Virus record (IMG/VR): IMGVR_UViG_3300031857_000054 | Coordinates: 32,001-96,000 of that record | DNA from: a virus | DNA: 64,000 bases | Reading direction: 5' to 3' (one strand) | In this document: positions 36,690 through 46,257 of the stretch, piece by piece | How the letters are laid out: every line of letters begins with the position of its first letter | Numbering within the stretch: position 1 is the stretch's first letter | Translations under genes and position numbers: made by a program | Notes under the pieces: model-generated | The model's database searches: none | Told to the model about the DNA's origin: nothing | The model's input: only the letters and a program-made list of their open reading frames with translations

Positions 36690-39600
36690 TGGAAATTAAA
36701 GGTAATCAAAATACCAAAGGTCTTAACCTAGACTCTTTAAACTGGCAAGTAGAAGGTAGCCAGTTGACATGGGCATTGAACGCAAATATCATGTCCCATG
36801 ATGGTAATACATTTACCTATACAAACGAGATGTCCAACCAAGTTTGTGTGGATTTTAGCTCGTTTAAGAACGGATACAAAATTAACGGCCTACTAAATAT
36901 AATAGAACAGAATAAAGTAGTTGTGTTCTTAGTAGGTCCAGATGGAAAAGGAGAGATAGGAGTAATTACAAATAACGGTTTAGATTGTGTTGAGTTAGAT
37001 TCAATAGAAACTGACTGTGGTTGTGTAGGCGGTAAAGTAATTAAAGACACAGTTGTCAAAGCAACAACTACAGTTACAGCAAACTCAACTACTTGTTTCT
37101 ATGGTATTATTAACGAGACTATAGATGATGGTTCTGGTAACTACGTAAATAACTATGCATTTCACTATGTAGACTGTAATGGAAATAGAGTAAGTGGCAA
37201 TACAAGTAGCCTCGTATTTAAAACAACACAAGAGTGGTATGCCGACTTAGGTTATACCAGTTTTGATGCCAACATGAGTCCTACTTATTTGTCTAAAGTA
37301 GTATCTATGATATGCTATGATTCTGTAGCAACTATAGACTACATTAATGAACTAGGCACTTCAAGTAATGTGACCCCAATGCAGCATCCTCAACCGTTGT
37401 TGTATGATACATTTCCCTGTGAAGCTACAGTTGTAGAAAAGACTTGTTGCGATTACGAACCTGTGTTAATTGATGAGTGTTGTCAAGATTGTTGTCAAGA
37501 TTGTTATACTGTTACCTTGCAAACAGTAAATCCATCAATACCTTCTGGAGGATCTACAGGTCAAGTAGTAATTGAATATACAGACTGTAATGGTATAGTT
37601 AGAGGCATAGAAGTACCTGAAAATACATTTGAAGGGTACGGTTCATTTAACATGATTAAGGACTCTTGGAGAGTAATCCAAAGAGGAAAACCTGGTGTTG
37701 ATGTAGTAGTTGCAGTAGAACAAGTTTACTCTACAGGAAACTGCAATCCTTGTTTGAATCCTTCTCCTGAGAATTGCTGTTTGAACTTCGATATTGACTA
37801 TCCTATTTATGCGACTTATAGAGTAGATCAGTGTGAAACTAGAGTATACTTTGTACAGAAGAATAATCCTCCTAGATACTTATCATTGGAGTTTCCTCTA
37901 AATAGAGATTCCTGTGGTGAGTCACAAGATTGTGGAGGCAAGAAACTTGTAACAAAGAAGACTTGTAAAGAGTTAAATATTTTTCCTGATACCTGCCATC
38001 CTAAAGTAACTCCAACCAATGTTTCTAATGGAGGTCAACTTAAAGCAGGTAACTATCAGTTTGCTATTGCATATACAGATGAAGAAGGGGCTGAGTTAAC
38101 TGATTACTTTGACTTTAGTCAGCCTATTCCAATTTTTGAAAAGAAACTTACCAACCTTACTGACTACGTTACTAACTATTCTATTACAGTTCAGATAGAC
38201 CATAAGGTTAATATCTTTGACTATTTTAATTTAGTAGTAGCGGAGACAATCCAAGGGGCCACTACAAACTATCATTTGATTGGCAACTATAGAGTACAAA
38301 AACAGTACTTGATGGATTCTATTGTTTACACAGGAGAATACAAATCTACCTTTAGTTCTATTTCTCCTTTGATTAGAACTCCGCACTATAAGAATGCAGG
38401 TATCATTGAGAATCAGAATGATATCTTGATGATTGCAGATTTGGAAAGAGAGTATCAGTATAACTTCCAGCCTTTTGCAAACAAACTTAAATTGCAGTGG
38501 GAAACAGTAAAGATGCCCCACGGAGACAAGTGGGACTACTCTAATCCTGAGATAGTACACATGTTCCGTACTTATCAAAGGGACGAGGTATATGCTTTCG
38601 GTATTAAGTTTAAACTAAAGACAGGTAAGTATACTGAAGTATTCCATATTCCTGGCAGAGCAAAGAACGCTGCACTTGGAGATACCACTTCGGTTCCTAC
38701 TTCTAGTACCGATTACTTTATAGAAGAAGGAGACTGTTCTGATGTAGCAGCACCTAAAGAAAAGTGGGAAGTATACAACACAGCAGGTAACGGTCAGGTA
38801 TTTGTATCAAACAATCCTACTGAACTAGAGAAACAATTCTCTTGTGCAATTTTTAACGACAAACGTGGAGAGTTTGCTTATTGGGAATCAAAAGAACTCT
38901 ATCCATGTAATGAAGAGATTTGGGATACTGATGCTTATGGTAATCCTTTGGCAGGACAACCGATTCGTTTTCACAAGTTTCCTGATTCTTTGATATCTCA
39001 CATTCATGATGGTTTATTTAGTACGGGTAATGTTTTTCCTGCTTTTGATAACCAATCTAATATCTATCCTATAGGAGTAAGAGTAGACGCAGATGCATTC
39101 AACAATCTACTCAACACTTTAACTATTGCTAATCCTGGAGATCCTGCTAACCCTTTCTATGCCAAAGACCTTATCTGCGGATTTGAGTTAGTGTTTGCTT
39201 CTCGTGTAGGACATAAATCTGTAGTAGCAAAAGGACTTCTTTATGACGTAGGACACTATACCACAGATGACGGTAGTAAAGAATACTACTATCCTAACTA
39301 TCCTTTCAACGATATTAACTGGAGAGGAAGTAGTTCTGTAACAGATCCTTACTTGAGAACATCTGCAGATTGGTACAAACGTCAAGATAGAAGACGTGCT
39401 TTTAGCGGAGACCTAGGAGAGTTTGCACACAATGGTTTTGTAGACAACAACATTATTAACTACAAGCATAATAGATTTACATTCCATTCTCCTGACACAC
39501 ACTTCTCATATCCTAAAATCGGTTCAGAACTTAAGTTAGAGACACTTGAGATTGGTTCTGTATTGGGACACTTTGTAGAAGTAGAAGAACATAGTAAGAT

Positions 39601-42286
39601 TAAGTTGTACACGGATAAAGTACAGACTATATCTAATCTACTGTCTATGATACTCAACATCAAAGACTATCGTATCATGACTGAGAACTACTTCCAAGAC
39701 AAGGAAATGTTTGCTCAGTTGATAGAAAGATTTACTCCTAAAGTAAACCTTGCTTGGCAGTATAATGGTGTCGCTAAGTATAACGGATACTTAACTATTC
39801 CAAACTCAGGACATAAACGTAGGTCTGTTAAATTTGGTAATTACGCTCCTAGTGAAATCCTAAACTTTGGGCAAGGAGAAAAACCATTCCACAACAGATA
39901 CAGAGAGTCAAGTGTATATCTTTCACTGAATAGTTCTTTCGATCATCACCACCCTACTCTTTTAGACAACTCTAGATACCTAGCATCTGAACACAACAAG
40001 TCTAATCCAACTGATATAGATGATAGTAGAACTACTAGAGCATACTACGGTTCAGTAAAAGTTTATCGTCCAAACCAATATGGACCACTAACTAATTTGC
40101 GTTACCTATCTACAGGGTACTCTGTTGATATTGAAATAAATCCGAATAATGGTTTAGGTCAAGTAGTACAAACTTACTACCCTGCATTTGGTGGTGACAC
40201 GTTTATTAACGCATTTGCCCTCAAACGTAAGCATGCTTTCTTCCGTCAGAATCTTGCAGGTAAGCCAGACGACATTCCATTTAACTATTACCTATTCCCC
40301 AACTTAGGATATCCAAGTCATTTCTATGGATTCAATGCTGCAGCTCAAGACGTAGAAGCAGTTTTACAAAGTAGGATTGATCTTATGGTTGCTGCTATAG
40401 CAATTGTTGCAGCTGCAGCTCTTCTTAATTCTGCATTTGGTGATGGTATTGCATTTGGAGAAACAACTACTGCTTTAGCTACAACTGCAGGAAAAATTCT
40501 TGTGCTTGATATAGTCAATGATTTGTTAGCGTCTACTAAACCTTACATATTCCTAGATAAGGATGAGACGTTTGACAATACTTGGTTAGGAGTAGGTGTA
40601 GGGGGAACATATTTCTACTACAAGGGAATGGTGTATCTGTTTTCTTATGGACTTCCTATCTTTTTTGTTGAGTCTGATGTAAACGTAGATTTCCGTCATG
40701 GCAGAAATGACCGTGAGGAAAACTTCTACGGAGCAAAAGAACTAGGAGAGATTCCTGACCAGTGGTTACAAGAAGTAAACGTACCAATTAAGTACGATAA
40801 CTTTTACCACTACAATCCTACTTATTCTGCTCAGAACGTAATCAATCCAAACTTTGTATATAATGAAGATTGGCCAGAGTTGTATTGCGAAACTGATTTG
40901 TATAACCGAGTAGTATACTCAGATCCAGCAGGTAAATACGGCAAAGGAGATCCTTGGTTAAACTACAGAAGAGGTAACTACTATGACTTTCCTAAAACTC
41001 ATGGTAAGTTAATTGCTTTGAATGGTGTGGAGAATAGCAAAGTGTATGCTCGTTTTGAGAATAACACTAAAGTATACAACGCTATCATTACACTCGACAG
41101 CACTAATCCTATTGCAATGGAGATTGGTGATGCCAGTATGTTTAAAAGCAAGCCTTTGGAAATGTCTACTGCAGACATTGGATACTTGGGAAGCCAACAC
41201 AAAGCGTTTATTAAAACAACTCATGGTGGGTTCTGGGTAGACGCACGTAGAGGTCACGTATACCAAGTAACTAGTGGAGGTGTAGATGAAATTTCTTTAA
41301 GAGGTTCTATGCAATGGTTTAAAGAAAATCTACCATTTAAGATTCTTAAGGACTTCCCTGACTTCCCTGTAGACAATAACTTCAAAGGTATTGGTATTGC
41401 ATTGGGATGGGATGAACGTTTCCACCGTGTGTTCTTAACTAAACTGGACTTCAGAGTTAAAGAACAATACAGAGGTTTTGTTACTTACGAGAACAAGAAG
41501 TTCTATTACAATGATACTGAGATTGCATTTGCAGATTTGACTTACTTTGAGAATCATTCATTTACAATCTCTTATAGCGTTCTTCTTAAAGCATGGATTT
41601 CATTCCACTCTTTCTTGCCAAACGCTTACATATCTTTTATAGACCATTTCCAAACAACAACACAGACTGGAACATGGAACCACAACTTGTCTCCACTCAC
41701 TTACCAAACTTATTACAATCGTTTCTATCCTTACATTATTGAATATACTGTAAATAATCTACCTAACACACACGTAGTTAATTCAATTACTTACAATCAA
41801 GATATTCATAAGTACTACAATAGAAACGACTATTACTCTTTGGGTTCTTACAACGATAAGAATACTCCAAACTTTACTAAGGCTATTGTTTATAACAAAG
41901 AGCAAACATCAGGATTGGTTAATCTAATACCTCAACTTCCTAATGACGCTCGCCAACGTTTGTTGTATCCTAGAGTAACTAGATTTGGTATGGAAGTATT
42001 AGTAGGCAAGAGAGACAATAAGAATACCTTTAACGGATTCTGGGACGCTACTAATAACAAAGAAAACTTCCAAACACTATTCAGTACTAAGTGGGACGAT
42101 CTAAGCGCTGACTATCCAATCGATAAAGTAGTAAATCCAAAAGCAATTATCACAACTACTAGACTAGGAGGAAAGCAAAAGATTCGTGCACCATTCTGTA
42201 AGGTTCGTCTTATTCAAGATAAATTTAACAGATACAAATTCATCAACAACCTACAACTAACACAAACCACTAACTCAGCAATATGA
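36689..42286 (+). CDS. Tail stabilization (muzzle) protein
   Basis: 1865 aa; KGLNLD...ALNA start, GGDTFI, YLGSQH...FWVDARRG, WISFHSFLP; crAss-like synteny. Confidence 0.75.
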   Translation: MEIKGNQNTKGLNLDSLNWQVEGSQLTWALNANIMSHDGNTFTYTNEMSNQVCVDFSSFKNGYKINGLLNIIEQNKVVVFLVGPDGKGEIGVITNNGLDCVELDSIETDCGCVGGKVIKDTVVKATTTVTANSTTCFYGIINETIDDGSGNYVNNYAFHYVDCNGNRVSGNTSSLVFKTTQEWYADLGYTSFDANMSPTYLSKVVSMICYDSVATIDYINELGTSSNVTPMQHPQPLLYDTFPCEATVVEKTCCDYEPVLIDECCQDCCQDCYTVTLQTVNPSIPSGGSTGQVVIEYTDCNGIVRGIEVPENTFEGYGSFNMIKDSWRVIQRGKPGVDVVVAVEQVYSTGNCNPCLNPSPENCCLNFDIDYPIYATYRVDQCETRVYFVQKNNPPRYLSLEFPLNRDSCGESQDCGGKKLVTKKTCKELNIFPDTCHPKVTPTNVSNGGQLKAGNYQFAIAYTDEEGAELTDYFDFSQPIPIFEKKLTNLTDYVTNYSITVQIDHKVNIFDYFNLVVAETIQGATTNYHLIGNYRVQKQYLMDSIVYTGEYKSTFSSISPLIRTPHYKNAGIIENQNDILMIADLEREYQYNFQPFANKLKLQWETVKMPHGDKWDYSNPEIVHMFRTYQRDEVYAFGIKFKLKTGKYTEVFHIPGRAKNAALGDTTSVPTSSTDYFIEEGDCSDVAAPKEKWEVYNTAGNGQVFVSNNPTELEKQFSCAIFNDKRGEFAYWESKELYPCNEEIWDTDAYGNPLAGQPIRFHKFPDSLISHIHDGLFSTGNVFPAFDNQSNIYPIGVRVDADAFNNLLNTLTIANPGDPANPFYAKDLICGFELVFASRVGHKSVVAKGLLYDVGHYTTDDGSKEYYYPNYPFNDINWRGSSSVTDPYLRTSADWYKRQDRRRAFSGDLGEFAHNGFVDNNIINYKHNRFTFHSPDTHFSYPKIGSELKLETLEIGSVLGHFVEVEEHSKIKLYTDKVQTISNLLSMILNIKDYRIMTENYFQDKEMFAQLIERFTPKVNLAWQYNGVAKYNGYLTIPNSGHKRRSVKFGNYAPSEILNFGQGEKPFHNRYRESSVYLSLNSSFDHHHPTLLDNSRYLASEHNKSNPTDIDDSRTTRAYYGSVKVYRPNQYGPLTNLRYLSTGYSVDIEINPNNGLGQVVQTYYPAFGGDTFINAFALKRKHAFFRQNLAGKPDDIPFNYYLFPNLGYPSHFYGFNAAAQDVEAVLQSRIDLMVAAIAIVAAAALLNSAFGDGIAFGETTTALATTAGKILVLDIVNDLLASTKPYIFLDKDETFDNTWLGVGVGGTYFYYKGMVYLFSYGLPIFFVESDVNVDFRHGRNDREENFYGAKELGEIPDQWLQEVNVPIKYDNFYHYNPTYSAQNVINPNFVYNEDWPELYCETDLYNRVVYSDPAGKYGKGDPWLNYRRGNYYDFPKTHGKLIALNGVENSKVYARFENNTKVYNAIITLDSTNPIAMEIGDASMFKSKPLEMSTADIGYLGSQHKAFIKTTHGGFWVDARRGHVYQVTSGGVDEISLRGSMQWFKENLPFKILKDFPDFPVDNNFKGIGIALGWDERFHRVFLTKLDFRVKEQYRGFVTYENKKFYYNDTEIAFADLTYFENHSFTISYSVLLKAWISFHSFLPNAYISFIDHFQTTTQTGTWNHNLSPLTYQTYYNRFYPYIIEYTVNNLPNTHVVNSITYNQDIHKYYNRNDYYSLGSYNDKNTPNFTKAIVYNKEQTSGLVNLIPQLPNDARQRLLYPRVTRFGMEVLVGKRDNKNTFNGFWDATNNKENFQTLFSTKWDDLSADYPIDKVVNPKAIITTTRLGGKQKIRAPFCKVRLIQDKFNRYKFINNLQLTQTTNSAI

Positions 42287-42660
42287 CACCAGAAGTAATT
42301 AGCTCTATGAGACCTGAAGTGTACTTAGGGCAATTTTTCCAATCGAGAGATATCATACACCTTGCACATCTCCAAACAACTTCATACTCAGAGCATGAAG
42401 CTTTAAACAAATACTATGATGGCCTACTTGGTCTTCTAGATAGCATGATTGAGTCTTACTTTGGCTGTATCGGAAAAAGAGTCAATATTAAGATTCCTGC
42501 ATCTGATTACATAAATGCAGAAACACATCTAAAACAGTTTAAAGAATATGTCAAGAAACATCGCGGAGTTCTAGGTATGGACAGGACAGATGTACAGAAT
42601 ATTTTAGATGAAATAATCGCTTTGATTAATAAGACATTATATTTGCTTAGCTTAACTTAA
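42283..42660 (+). CDS. Ferritin/Dps-like four-helix protein (DUF5856-like)
   Basis: HLAHLQTTSYSEHEALNKYYD...NILDEI...YLLSL. Confidence 0.7.
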   Translation: MTPEVISSMRPEVYLGQFFQSRDIIHLAHLQTTSYSEHEALNKYYDGLLGLLDSMIESYFGCIGKRVNIKIPASDYINAETHLKQFKEYVKKHRGVLGMDRTDVQNILDEIIALINKTLYLLSLT

Positions 42661-42668
42661 TTATTAAT

Positions 42669-42908
42669 ATGGGTAACTCTAGTTTAAAAGATATGTACTA
42701 TGCCAAGAAAGGCATGGAGATGAAAAAAGGTGGTAAGTGGATTCAAAAAGCTATTCAAAAGCCAGGATCATTTACAGCACAAGCGAAGCGTGCAGGTATG
42801 TCTACTAGTGCATTCAGAGAAAAAGTATTAGCTAACAAAGGAAAGTTTTCATCAACTACAGTAAAAAGAGCTAACCTAGCGAAAACTTTATCTAAAATGA
42901 AAAAGTAA
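42669..42908 (+). CDS. Small basic virion-associated protein
   Basis: MKKGGKWIQKAIQKPG...KRANLAKTL. Confidence 0.6.
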   Translation: MGNSSLKDMYYAKKGMEMKKGGKWIQKAIQKPGSFTAQAKRAGMSTSAFREKVLANKGKFSSTTVKRANLAKTLSKMKK

Positions 42909-44362
42909 TGAAGTCTTCTCTATTTGAACACTACAAAAAGAAGTATGCTGCTGGTGGTAAACTACCAGTACGTAAGACTGGTATGTGGTATCAAGACGGG
43001 GACGTTGTAGTTCCTTCAAACGAGATTACTATGAAGGGTCCAGATGGAGAAAAAGATTACTTTGATTCCCCAATTCTAGGTATTGGACTTTTGTCTGGAG
43101 ACACACAAGTAATGGAGCCAGGTAAGGACTACTTGTTTCCTAAAGACAATGCAGTACTAGAAAAGAAAATGCAGATGGGTGCAAAGGTTGCTTCTAAGGA
43201 TATGACTCCTGAGCAACAAGCAAGATTCAATGCATACGTGAGAAGTTCAAATCCTAGCAACATAGCAACTCCTGAGTGGTTAGGTCTTTCTTCTGGCGCT
43301 ACTAATTATGCCCGTAGACTTAATAACATGAGTCAAGAAGATATGATGGGTATGCCTGGAGATATATCAAGCAGAGTAAGTGATGCATTCAAAAGTGGAA
43401 TAGACTATTCTGTTAACTATGGATTACCAAAAAACACAGGTCAAATTACTACAGAAGGTAACTATAATCCTTTTGGACAAAATACTTTAGATAGTTTATA
43501 TGGCGGTTTGTCTTACAGTCAATCTTTTCCAAAAGGCTCTGTAAGGTTAACTCCTGAGAAACAGGAGGTAAGACTTAGAGGTAAGGCAGGCAATCTTAAA
43601 TATAAGAGAGAAATGTCTGACGAAGAAGTTATCTCTAACTTAGCTTTTGACGTTAACGTTCTTCCTGAAGCACTTAACTTATATGGCGAGGGTAGTATCT
43701 CAGATCTTGGAGTAACTAAAGACCCAACAGGTAAGACTCTTAACTATAAGGATATGCAGACGAATCCTCAATACAATGTGAGAGCAGGTATCAGAGGAGA
43801 TGTAGGGCCTTTAAACTATAACTTAAGTGGAAGTTATAATCCAGAAACAGGCTATACTTATAACGGAGATGCTGAGTTAGCTTTACTTAAAGACAGATTA
43901 ACTCTTAGTGGAAGTGTTGCAGGAAGCCAAGCAAAAGGTATGGAATCTATGACTGCAGAAGCAAGAGCAAAACTTGCTAAGAATCTAAATGTAAGAGCAG
44001 GATATAGACAGTCTGGAAATGAACCTGGAAACTTTAATGTAGGTCTAACTTATAATAAGTTTTTTGAAGAAGGAGGCGAAGTTGAAGATGAGGAAGACGA
44101 ACGTGAGAACGACAAGGAGATGGTAGAAGGTATTGCAGATATCTTAAGAAGAGTTAAAGATAAAAAGAATAGAAAACAAATTGCCAAGAAGATGGTAGAA
44201 GACTTTGACGAAGAAGAAGTTGAATACAATCTTGACAATTTTATGAAGGCTGCTAAACTCATGCAGATGGGTGGCATGTCTATACCAGGAGTAAATGGTG
44301 TTATTGTAGCTAACAGTAGCCCAACAAGTTTAAAGAGTGCCTACAAGAATAAGAAAAAATGA
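42908..44362 (+). CDS. Putative cargo protein with xxxGG motifs and a beta-strand-rich core
   Basis: YAAGG, MQMGA, FEEGG, MQMGG; ITMKG module; amphipathic strands in the middle. Confidence 0.55.
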   Translation: MKSSLFEHYKKKYAAGGKLPVRKTGMWYQDGDVVVPSNEITMKGPDGEKDYFDSPILGIGLLSGDTQVMEPGKDYLFPKDNAVLEKKMQMGAKVASKDMTPEQQARFNAYVRSSNPSNIATPEWLGLSSGATNYARRLNNMSQEDMMGMPGDISSRVSDAFKSGIDYSVNYGLPKNTGQITTEGNYNPFGQNTLDSLYGGLSYSQSFPKGSVRLTPEKQEVRLRGKAGNLKYKREMSDEEVISNLAFDVNVLPEALNLYGEGSISDLGVTKDPTGKTLNYKDMQTNPQYNVRAGIRGDVGPLNYNLSGSYNPETGYTYNGDAELALLKDRLTLSGSVAGSQAKGMESMTAEARAKLAKNLNVRAGYRQSGNEPGNFNVGLTYNKFFEEGGEVEDEEDERENDKEMVEGIADILRRVKDKKNRKQIAKKMVEDFDEEEVEYNLDNFMKAAKLMQMGGMSIPGVNGVIVANSSPTSLKSAYKNKKK

Positions 44363-46005
44363 AAAAGCAAATGATAAAACGGGCTGACGGTTCCTACTCT
44401 CAACGAGGATTGTGGGATAACATTAGAGCGAATAGAGGTAGTGGTAAGAAACCTACCGCAGAAATGCTTAAGCAAGAACGTAAGATTAAATCTAAAATGG
44501 AAGAAGGTGGTGTTAACAACCCAGGCTTCAAAGCATTGCCAGGATATGTTCAAGCTAAAATCAAAGCCAACATGCAAGAAGGTGGAATGACAGGTTCTGC
44601 TGTTGTAGATATCATGGGTAATCAAATGCAAAAACCTATGATGCAGATGGGAGCAGTAATGCCTCAAACATCAGCAGGACAATCAGTACTTCAAGAAGCT
44701 ATGATGAACAAGATGCAGTCTGGTGGTAAGATGCCAGCCGACATTGCACGTGCTCGTTTTATGGCTGCTGCTAAAGGTAACGTAAGTCAAGCTAAAGAAA
44801 CTGCATCTAGATATGGATACAAAATGCAGAACGGTGCTATGAACTTAATGGGAGTTCCTAACATGAATGCAGGTACAGCAGGATTTAATTTCTCTAAAGC
44901 CTCTGCATATGCTATGGCACCCAAAGAGGAGGTTCCTACTGATATAGAAAGAATGGAAGCCGTAGACATCAGAAGAAAACGTTCTTTCTTTGATAGAATG
45001 AAAGGCAACATAAGAAAAGCAGGAAGAGCAGTAGGTATAGGTAGTCCAGCTCCTAAGACAGATTCTCAGCAAGTAATGGATGAAGTAATCGGTCAAGTTA
45101 GAGCAGACGAACAAGCACGTATAAAATCTAACGCACCTACTAGTGCCGAGAAAAGTAGAACTGCATTTAATAAAATTAAGTCAGGTGATGTATCAATGCA
45201 AAACATTGGTGACTACATGGAAGGTTTTGGTACTTACTTAAATGCAAGTAGCGATAGAAATGTAGTAACCGACTTGTTTGATATTACAGCAAAAGGTGCT
45301 GCTGCAGTTGGTGCTGGTAATGCAGCAAGTAATATTCTACAAACTAAACAAGCTGCACAAGCAGCAATGCAATCTCCTGTTGGAGCAGCCGTAGATTTAG
45401 TAAATCCTTTAAGTATTGGAGCTAACTTGTTATCAGGTACAACAGATGCAATTGGAGAATTGTCTGCAGGTAACTATGAAGAAGCTACTGGCGTTGCTGC
45501 TAAAACAGCAGCACTTGCCGCTTTAAAAGGTAAAGCAGGAAATGTATCTAAAAATGCTCTAGGTAGAACAGCTAATGCTATTGGTAAAACCAGAGTAGGA
45601 AGTGCTGCAAGTAACGCTATTGGTTCTGCTACTAAACATGGAGTAGGACATCAACTTGAGCATGCAGGACAACACATGTTACTTTCTCCTCTTCTAGCAC
45701 ATAAGAATGGAGGTACTATTAAAGATATGTACTACATGAAGAAGGGAGGTCAGTTCCCAGACCGTTACAAGAAGATGGGATTTTCTGGAGTGGATCAACC
45801 AAAAAGAACTACTAGTGGTGGTAAAAGTCATGCAGTAGTTACTAAAGTTGGAGGAAACTATAAGTTAATTCGCTTTGGTCAAGCAGGTGTATCAGGCTCT
45901 CCTGAAGGTTCTGCAAGAAACAAAGCATTCAAAGCACGTCACGCAAAGAATATAGCTAAAGGAAAATCTTCAGCTGCATACTGGGCTAATAAAGTAAAGT
46001 GGTAA
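44359..46005 (+). CDS. Putative cargo protein: mosaic of small modules separated by xxxGG motifs
   Basis: Seven xxxG(G/A) motifs; A/G-rich segment; C-terminal KLIRFGQ...FKARH...AAYWA module. Confidence 0.55.
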   Translation: MKKQMIKRADGSYSQRGLWDNIRANRGSGKKPTAEMLKQERKIKSKMEEGGVNNPGFKALPGYVQAKIKANMQEGGMTGSAVVDIMGNQMQKPMMQMGAVMPQTSAGQSVLQEAMMNKMQSGGKMPADIARARFMAAAKGNVSQAKETASRYGYKMQNGAMNLMGVPNMNAGTAGFNFSKASAYAMAPKEEVPTDIERMEAVDIRRKRSFFDRMKGNIRKAGRAVGIGSPAPKTDSQQVMDEVIGQVRADEQARIKSNAPTSAEKSRTAFNKIKSGDVSMQNIGDYMEGFGTYLNASSDRNVVTDLFDITAKGAAAVGAGNAASNILQTKQAAQAAMQSPVGAAVDLVNPLSIGANLLSGTTDAIGELSAGNYEEATGVAAKTAALAALKGKAGNVSKNALGRTANAIGKTRVGSAASNAIGSATKHGVGHQLEHAGQHMLLSPLLAHKNGGTIKDMYYMKKGGQFPDRYKKMGFSGVDQPKRTTSGGKSHAVVTKVGGNYKLIRFGQAGVSGSPEGSARNKAFKARHAKNIAKGKSSAAYWANKVKW

Positions 46006-46006
46006 T

Positions 46007-46159
46007 ATGGCAACTAAAAAATCTACCAAAGTAACTTCTAATTCTTCTTTGTATAAAGAGAAAGGAAAAGTTAGTCGTCCTGGAGTTCACGCTAAAACTA
46101 AATCTTCTAAGTTAAAGCAAAGCAAGAACTACCATAAGGCGAGCAGAGGTCAAGGCTAA
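46007..46159 (+). CDS. 50-aa basic protein (not in ORF track)
   Basis: MATKKSTKVTSNSSLYKEKGKVSRPGVHAKTKSSKLKQSKNYHKASRGQG*. Confidence 0.6.
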   Translation: MATKKSTKVTSNSSLYKEKGKVSRPGVHAKTKSSKLKQSKNYHKASRGQG

Positions 46160-46166
46160 GTAAGGC

Positions 46167-46196
46167 TTGATTTTTCTTGACAATAGAGTATATTTG
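46167..46196 (+). promoter_or_regulatory. Bacteroidota sigma-A-type promoter of the cargo/RNAP operon
   Basis: TTG-N19-TATATTTG. Confidence 0.75.
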
Positions 46197-46257
46197 TATT
46201 TAAACTTTTTAAGTTCAAGTATACTTAACTTCTAAAGTTAATTAATATTTTAAGTTA

